Shown piece by piece: positions 58,863 to 64,000 of a DNA stretch of 64,000 nucleotides (position 1 is its first letter; each line of letters starts with the position of its first letter). The notes beneath the pieces were generated by a model. The model was not told the origin of the DNA. It was given only the letters and a program-made list of their open reading frames with translations, and made no database searches. This stretch comes from Anaerolineales bacterium. GTDB taxonomy: Bacteria; Chloroflexota; Anaerolineae; Anaerolineales; E44-bin32. The stretch spans positions 12,728-76,727 of the forward strand of contig DATEVL010000082.1 in NCBI GenBank assembly GCA_035281845.1, given 5' to 3'. The translations under genes and the position numbers were made by a program.

Positions 58863-59111
58863 ATGGTGACGATCGTCCAGTGGCTCACGACGGCGCTCAC
58901 GCTGCTGATTCTGGCCGACATATTGGTGAGCTTCCTCCTCGACCCCTTTCATCCGGTACGAAGGAGTCTTGATGCGGTGGTCCATCCCTTGTTGGCCCCC
59001 ATCCGGCGCTTCCTTCCCTCGGTCGGAATGTTAGACTTCAGCCCGTTCGTCCTTTTGATTCTGGTTCAGGTCCTCGGGGGTCTCCTTATCCGGTTCTTCT
59101 CATCGGGCTGA
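58863..59111 (+). CDS. yggT: YggT family membrane protein
   Basis: HPVRR.L...V.PLLAPIRRFLP..GMLDFSP, directly after yggS. Confidence 0.92.
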   Translation: MVTIVQWLTTALTLLILADILVSFLLDPFHPVRRSLDAVVHPLLAPIRRFLPSVGMLDFSPFVLLILVQVLGGLLIRFFSSG

Positions 59112-59159
59112 GGCGGCCGACCTGATCGGCGGACCTCGTCGGGTGTTACGCGAGGTGGT

Positions 59160-59480
59160 ATGCGGAAGTTCAAACTGCATGACGGGAAGAGTGGGGCAGC
59201 GCTGACCGTCCGGGTGACGCCGCGTGCCCGGCGAACCGAGGTCGCCGAGCTCCTCGAGGACGGCACCTTGAGGATCCGCTTGACCGCGCCTCCGGTGGAG
59301 GGGAAGGCCAACGCCGCTCTGATCGAGTTCCTGGCCGAAGTCCTCGGCACCCGCAAGAGCCGGATCGAGATCGTCGCCGGAGAGAAGGGCCTGGACAAGA
59401 TCGTTTCCATCACTGACATGTCGGCCGTCGAAGTGCAGCAGCGTTTACAGGAATGGATTGACGAGCACGAAGATGCTTGA
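59160..59480 (+). CDS. DUF167 (YggU) family protein
   Basis: VRVTPRA, IRLTAPPVEGKANAALIEFLA, IVAGE...K. Confidence 0.93.
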   Translation: MRKFKLHDGKSGAALTVRVTPRARRTEVAELLEDGTLRIRLTAPPVEGKANAALIEFLAEVLGTRKSRIEIVAGEKGLDKIVSITDMSAVEVQQRLQEWIDEHEDA

Positions 59481-59546
59481 GGCGTTAGGGCGAGTCAGGC
59501 GGCCGGGCAGGGGCCAAGTCCCTCGCGAGGTGCCCGCAACAGGAAA

Positions 59547-59783
59547 GTCATTCCCGCGAATCGCGCTTCGCCCTCTACGCCCCTTCGCCCTCTACGCCCC
59601 TTCGGGCGCCCCCAGGGGGCAGGGCGCCAAGGGCGGGCGCCCCCAGGGGCAGGGCGCCGTGGGCGCATCCCGACGGGAAGCGGGAATCCAGGTGAACACG
59701 AATCCAGCCTGGACCCCCGCCTCCCCTCCGGGATGCCCCCTTCGGGGTGCGAAGCGCGACGAAGCGCGATTCGCGGGGGTGAC
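59547..59783. repeat. GTCATTCCCGC-type palindromic element with inserts in both hairpin loops
   Basis: Terminal IR GTCATTCCCGCGAATCGCGCTTCG / CGAAGCGCGATTCGCGGGGGTGAC (22 of 24 match). Internal GCGGGAATCCAG...CTGGACCCCCGC. Family B modules lie in the left loop. Confidence 0.9.
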
Positions 59784-60064
59784 AAAAACGGTGGGGCACC
59801 TTTCTCGGCGAGGGCAAACAATGGAAGACTCCCCGTCGATCTCTGATCAGAGCCCGTTCAATTCATTCTTCGGTGCGAGTCGTGTTCACACCCGTAACAG
59901 ATTCTGTCATGGAGGGACGCGGCGGAAGACTCGCGGCCCATAGCCCACGTCGAAACCTACCTGGCGCCCAACGCCCCCAGCTCCAGCCAGGCCTGGCTCG
60001 AAGTCCCCGCCCTCTACAGGGCGCCAAGGGCGGCAGGGCCATGAATTAAGTCTCCTCAGGAAAA

Positions 60065-62461
60065 CTAGGTCGAGGGAATGAGCAGCACGCCCGGGGCCGC
60101 TTGACGCCACAGCGATTCAAAGGCGGCGTCTCGCAAGAAGGGTTGGTCCGAGCGAAGCGACTTGTTGAGCTCGATCCGAAACTCGCTCCCGTCGAGCCAG
60201 GCCAGCGTTTCCAGGGCAGCGATCTGCTCCTCGACCGTCCCACTGCTCAGCGCTCGGCGCAGCATCTCCATCGCCGCCCGCCCGGCGGCCATACCTGAGC
60301 CGACCCGGGCGGCAAAGGCCACCAACCAGGGCAACTCGCTCGGCTCGCGGACCGGTGCGGGGATCCGCCATGGCGGATTTCGGCGCCGCTCGTTCGCTTC
60401 GGCCGCCGCACCGCGCACCACCCATTGCTCGTCGTCGATCTGGACCTTCTCGAGGATCTTCGGTGCCCAATCTTCCGGGACGCGCGACAAGCCAAACACG
60501 GCGGCGCGGCGGGTCAGCAGATTGTTGACCTCGGCTGCATCGCGCAGCATGCTGTACCCCTCGTCCGGATGGCAGGCGAGAGCCTCGGCTGCCGCCAGGC
60601 GGACGCCTTCTTCGGCCTCGAGCAGCGCACGTCCGAGCGCTTCGAGCGCCGCTTCCGTCCCGATGCCGACCAGGCCGAGACAGGCTGCCTGCCGAACGAG
60701 CAGTTCTCGGTCATGGGCCATGAGGTCGGTCAGCGTTGAAACCGATTCCTCGTCGTGCAATCCACCCAGCCCGATGGCCGAGAGCAATCGGGTGCTGGCG
60801 GCGTCCATGGTCAGCAAGCGGCGAAAAAGGATGGCCGCCGTCGGCTCCGCCGCCTGGACGAGAGCGTGGACGGCGCGCAAGCGTAGACCGTAGGGCCGCT
60901 GATGTGTCTGAAGGATCTGGGCGAGCGCGCGCAGGACATTCTGGCGCCAGGAGGCCTTGCGTGGCGCGTACCGCAGCAAGCGAGCTGCATCGAGCGCGCC
61001 GGTCTCCAGTGCATCCCGCCCGCCTTCCAGCCAGCGTTGGACGATCGTGCCGACGTCGCTGAGCGCGGCGAAGAAACCGACGGCAGCCTCCGCCGGCGGC
61101 CATCCCGCCTGGATCACCGCCTCGCTCGGACCACCGGCGACCATCGCCCGGGCGCCCAGGTAGGCGCCCACCGCAGGCTGACTGAATGTGTAGTTCCCAC
61201 CCGTTCGCCGGCTCAGGATTCCGGCGTCGACCAGGTCGCCCGTCGGTGTGCCGCGCGGGATGGAGCGGTCGGGCAAGACGCCGCTTCTGCCCTCCAACCA
61301 GGCCAGGCCGGTCGCCTCGGCGGACTGTCGTTCCTCCGGGGACAAGATCCGGGCCAAATAGGAGTCGAGCGAGTCGACGATCGAGTCGCCCCGAACGTCC
61401 CCTGTGTGGGACGCCCACACCCGCAGTGTGAGTTCGAGTGGGGAGGCGCCTCGCGCGGCGCCAATGATCCAGCCGGTGATCAGCGACGGATCGATATCGG
61501 CCAGGCCTCGCTTGTGCAGTTTCGGGGCGACGTCCCGCTGCCAGGCAGCCGACCATTTCGTCATGAAGACACGTTGTTCGTGGTCCGTCCAGGGGGCAAG
61601 GGCCGCCGGCGCCAACCGCCCCTGTCCCACGAGGCCGTCGTAGCCGCGCGCGGGTCCTGCGGCGACGATGCGGACCTCCGGGAAGTCGTCTTGCAGTGCC
61701 TCAAGCCAGGCCGTGACCTTGGAGATCTCGTCCAGATTGAGCTCGTCGAGCCCGTCGAGCAACAACAAGGCTGTCTTTTGTCGGAACGAGGCCCGCAGGT
61801 AGGCGGGCAACCTGGCGGCCATGCCGCCGGAAACGGTCTGCTGCGCGGCTGTGATGAGGGGATCCAACGGGTCCTTGCCTGACCATCGCTCGGCATTGAG
61901 GTCGGCGGCGTGGACGAAGAACGGCGTGTGCCCGGCCAATTCTCCGGCCTCCGGAGAGCGGCGGGCCGCCAGGATCGTCAGGTAGGCCAGGGCGGCCGTC
62001 TTCCCGGATCCCGCTTCCCCGGTGAGAAGGAGATTCGGGCCGGTGGTGAGTGCCGTCGGCAGGGAGAGGGACGGCGTCTGGAAGATCCCTGCGAGACTGA
62101 CCCAGTCGGGCAGATTCGGCAAGACGCCTAGCGTGTCCTCGGCCCTCGGTTCGGTGCGTGTCGGATCGGCCTGAAATGAAGGCGTGAGCACGCGCGGTGG
62201 GACGGCGATCTCATCCAACACGAAAAGCGCCCGTGCCAGATGCAAACCTTGGGCGCGGGCCTCGATTTCTCGGCGGTATCGGTCGCGTGCGCCGACGGCG
62301 AGGCCGACGGAGACCTGCCCCACTTTCTCCCGGCTCGAGGTGAGGGCCCATCTCGCAACCGGTAGGGCGCGGTTGAACGCCAGCAGGAGCAGGAATCCGA
62401 CGGCGATTCCTACATAGAACTCTGGCAGATCGAACTGAAAGCCGAACAGGTTCTGGAACAA
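60065..62461 (-). CDS. Membrane-anchored NACHT-type NTPase with HEAT repeats
   Basis: N-terminal TM, GEAGSGKT, LLLLDGLDE, SPLEL, and repeats VRQAACLGL, VRLAAAEAL, TRRAAVFGL, VVRGAAAEA. Confidence 0.85.
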   Translation of the reverse strand: MFQNLFGFQFDLPEFYVGIAVGFLLLLAFNRALPVARWALTSSREKVGQVSVGLAVGARDRYRREIEARAQGLHLARALFVLDEIAVPPRVLTPSFQADPTRTEPRAEDTLGVLPNLPDWVSLAGIFQTPSLSLPTALTTGPNLLLTGEAGSGKTAALAYLTILAARRSPEAGELAGHTPFFVHAADLNAERWSGKDPLDPLITAAQQTVSGGMAARLPAYLRASFRQKTALLLLDGLDELNLDEISKVTAWLEALQDDFPEVRIVAAGPARGYDGLVGQGRLAPAALAPWTDHEQRVFMTKWSAAWQRDVAPKLHKRGLADIDPSLITGWIIGAARGASPLELTLRVWASHTGDVRGDSIVDSLDSYLARILSPEERQSAEATGLAWLEGRSGVLPDRSIPRGTPTGDLVDAGILSRRTGGNYTFSQPAVGAYLGARAMVAGGPSEAVIQAGWPPAEAAVGFFAALSDVGTIVQRWLEGGRDALETGALDAARLLRYAPRKASWRQNVLRALAQILQTHQRPYGLRLRAVHALVQAAEPTAAILFRRLLTMDAASTRLLSAIGLGGLHDEESVSTLTDLMAHDRELLVRQAACLGLVGIGTEAALEALGRALLEAEEGVRLAAAEALACHPDEGYSMLRDAAEVNNLLTRRAAVFGLSRVPEDWAPKILEKVQIDDEQWVVRGAAAEANERRRNPPWRIPAPVREPSELPWLVAFAARVGSGMAAGRAAMEMLRRALSSGTVEEQIAALETLAWLDGSEFRIELNKSLRSDQPFLRDAAFESLWRQAAPGVLLIPST

Positions 62462-62467
62462 GCCAGC

Positions 62468-63169
62468 CTATCCTGCGTACAGAACCCGGCCGCATTGCCG
62501 GCATCGAATCAGACCGGGACCGGTGCCGACCTCCTGTCGGGCGGAGGCGGCCAGGGTCAGGCCGCAGGCCCCGCACGTTCCGTCCAGCATCTCGGCCACC
62601 GCCAATCCTGCTCCGCTCTTGCGGAGGGTTTGATAGAGCTGCATATCGTCTTTCGTGATCCCGGCGGCGGCGGCCTCCCGCTCTTCGCTGCGTTGCCCAA
62701 GCCTGGAGGCGAGTTCGTCTCGTTCCTTCCGCAGGCTCTGGTCGCGGCCTGCGGCGTTGGCCTCGGCCAACTCGAGTCGGATTCGGGCGTCGGCCACCAT
62801 TTGCTCCGCCTGCTCCAGCCGGACCATTTCGTCCAGCTGACGATCCTCCAGAGTCGAGAGATGACGCCGCAAGGCTTCGCTCTCCGCCTGAAGTTCCTGC
62901 AGTTCCTTTGGGTTGTGGACGGAGCCCCCGTAGAGTTTTTTCTCCGTCTCCTCGATCTTGCGCCGCTGATCCGCTACAGCATCCTCTGCGGAGCGGCCGT
63001 CAGTGGAGGCAAGGTTTCTGGCAGCCTCGGCCCGAGACTCCGCCTGCTGGGCGCGCTCGAGCTCCGCATGTTCGGCCAGCTCGGCCTCGACGGCGGCCAT
63101 CCGAGCGCTGGCCTGATCCATCGTCAAATCGATCTGCTGCAAGCGATAGAGTGCGGAGGCGCGGCCCAC
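62468..63169 (-). CDS. Coiled-coil protein with a C4-type zinc ribbon (DUF164-like)
   Basis: LYRLQQID, long coiled coil, CGAC...CRQCGRVLY. Confidence 0.92.
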   Translation of the reverse strand: MGRASALYRLQQIDLTMDQASARMAAVEAELAEHAELERAQQAESRAEAARNLASTDGRSAEDAVADQRRKIEETEKKLYGGSVHNPKELQELQAESEALRRHLSTLEDRQLDEMVRLEQAEQMVADARIRLELAEANAAGRDQSLRKERDELASRLGQRSEEREAAAAGITKDDMQLYQTLRKSGAGLAVAEMLDGTCGACGLTLAASARQEVGTGPGLIRCRQCGRVLYAG

Positions 63170-63426
63170 GGGACGGATTATAGATGCGATGGCGCGCGCC
63201 GGGCAAGCCGAAAGGCCGGCACCGGACCAATGGCCTAGGTGCCCTACCTCTCCTAAAGGCCCCTCCGCTCACCTGCGCTGCGCCGCGCTGTGCGCAGTGC
63301 GGCGCAAGTGTCGATCCGGGGTGCTCCCGGAAAGCTACCGGAACGATGTGCGCGACGGGTCGGGCGAGGGTGAAACCCGGCGGCCAATTGCGGCCACCAC
63401 CCAGCCTCTCGCGCAACACCCCGGAG

Positions 63427-63450
63427 CCCTTCGGCAGGCTCAGGGCAGGC
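63427..63450 (-). repeat. Solo CCCTGAGC...CGAAGGG half-palindrome
   Basis: Reverse complement GCCTGCCCTGAGCCTGCCGAAGGG resembles the GIY-YIG flanks (CCCTGAGC...CGAAGGG). Confidence 0.55.
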
Positions 63451-63531
63451 TCCGCGGAGGTCCCGCCCTGCCGAGGGAAGGGAATAATCCCACCGCGTGG
63501 CGCGGCCTGTCCCGTCGCGTACAATTCGGGC

Positions 63532-64000
63532 ATGCGCCATCGCCCCTGGTTTTGGCTGGCGGGGCCAGCTGTCGTCCTGTTCGCCGTGCTAACGCCCTAT
63601 ATCCTTGCCGGCCGGGGGCAGCCCCCCGGGTTTGTCTTCTCCGGCTTCCTGATCAACCCGGTCGACGGGTTCAGCTACCTCGCCAAGATGCGGCAAGGGG
63701 CAGGGGGCGCCTGGCTGTTTCATCTGCCTTACGCCGCCGAGCCAGGATCGGGCGCGTTCCTATTTCTCTTCTACCTCGCTCTCGGACACCTCCAGAGTCT
63801 CCTTCAACTCAGCGCCGGTGTGGCCTATCACTCCGCCCGGCTGTTGGGCGCCGCGGCGATGCTCGCCGCGGCGTACGTCTTCTTTCGCACGTTTGTGCCC
63901 TCCACCGTCGCGCAGCGATGGGCATTCGCGCTGGCCGCCTTCGGCTCCGGCGCGGGGTGGCTCGGCCTGATGTTGGGCCGATTGGCGATCGATCTTTGGG
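63532..64000 (+). CDS. Polytopic membrane protein, possibly GT-C glycosyltransferase-like (3' partial)
   Basis: Open frame MRHRPWFWLAGPAVVLFAVLTPY...NPVDGFSYLAKMRQG...FYLALGHL runs to the window end. TACAAT lies 6 nt upstream. Confidence 0.7.
   Translation, partial: MRHRPWFWLAGPAVVLFAVLTPYILAGRGQPPGFVFSGFLINPVDGFSYLAKMRQGAGGAWLFHLPYAAEPGSGAFLFLFYLALGHLQSLLQLSAGVAYHSARLLGAAAMLAAAYVFFRTFVPSTVAQRWAFALAAFGSGAGWLGLMLGRLAIDLW

Noticed and set aside
63185..63520. RNase P RNA next to the zinc-ribbon gene
   Set aside because: The conserved GAGGAAAGTCC and AGAACCCGGCTTA signatures are not present on either strand in this region.

Overview
A 64 kb, GC-rich bacterial chromosome segment that is mostly housekeeping. 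Gene content and style suggest Chloroflexota, Anaerolineales-like; this is inference and was not tested. It carries uvrB, polX, ftsK, lgt, lon, a purine nucleoside phosphorylase, tRNA-Arg(UCU), an A2-type caa3-like cytochrome c oxidase operon with heme O synthase and SCO, a csoR-copZ-copA copper operon, an L,D-transpeptidase-ccdA-tlpA cluster and pgeF-yggS-yggT-DUF167. No prophage, IS transposase or CRISPR array is evident. The most notable items are: (1) a small GIY-YIG nuclease gene bracketed by inverted GTCA-palindrome ends, with many gene-less, sometimes nested, GTCA...TGAC palindromes elsewhere, suggesting an autonomous/non-autonomous repeat system; (2) a membrane-anchored HAO-family octaheme cytochrome followed by an internally duplicated 4-His membrane protein; (3) a PHP-Schlafen/AlbA fusion in an hsp20-lon-response regulator operon; (4) a XerD-like protein lacking the catalytic Tyr, His and Lys; (5) a kinase-less multi-TM sensor fused to an HTH; (6) six intergenic heptamer arrays, two sharing a 61-bp core; (7) several apparently leaderless genes. 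All protein calls come from motif recognition by eye, not database searches.
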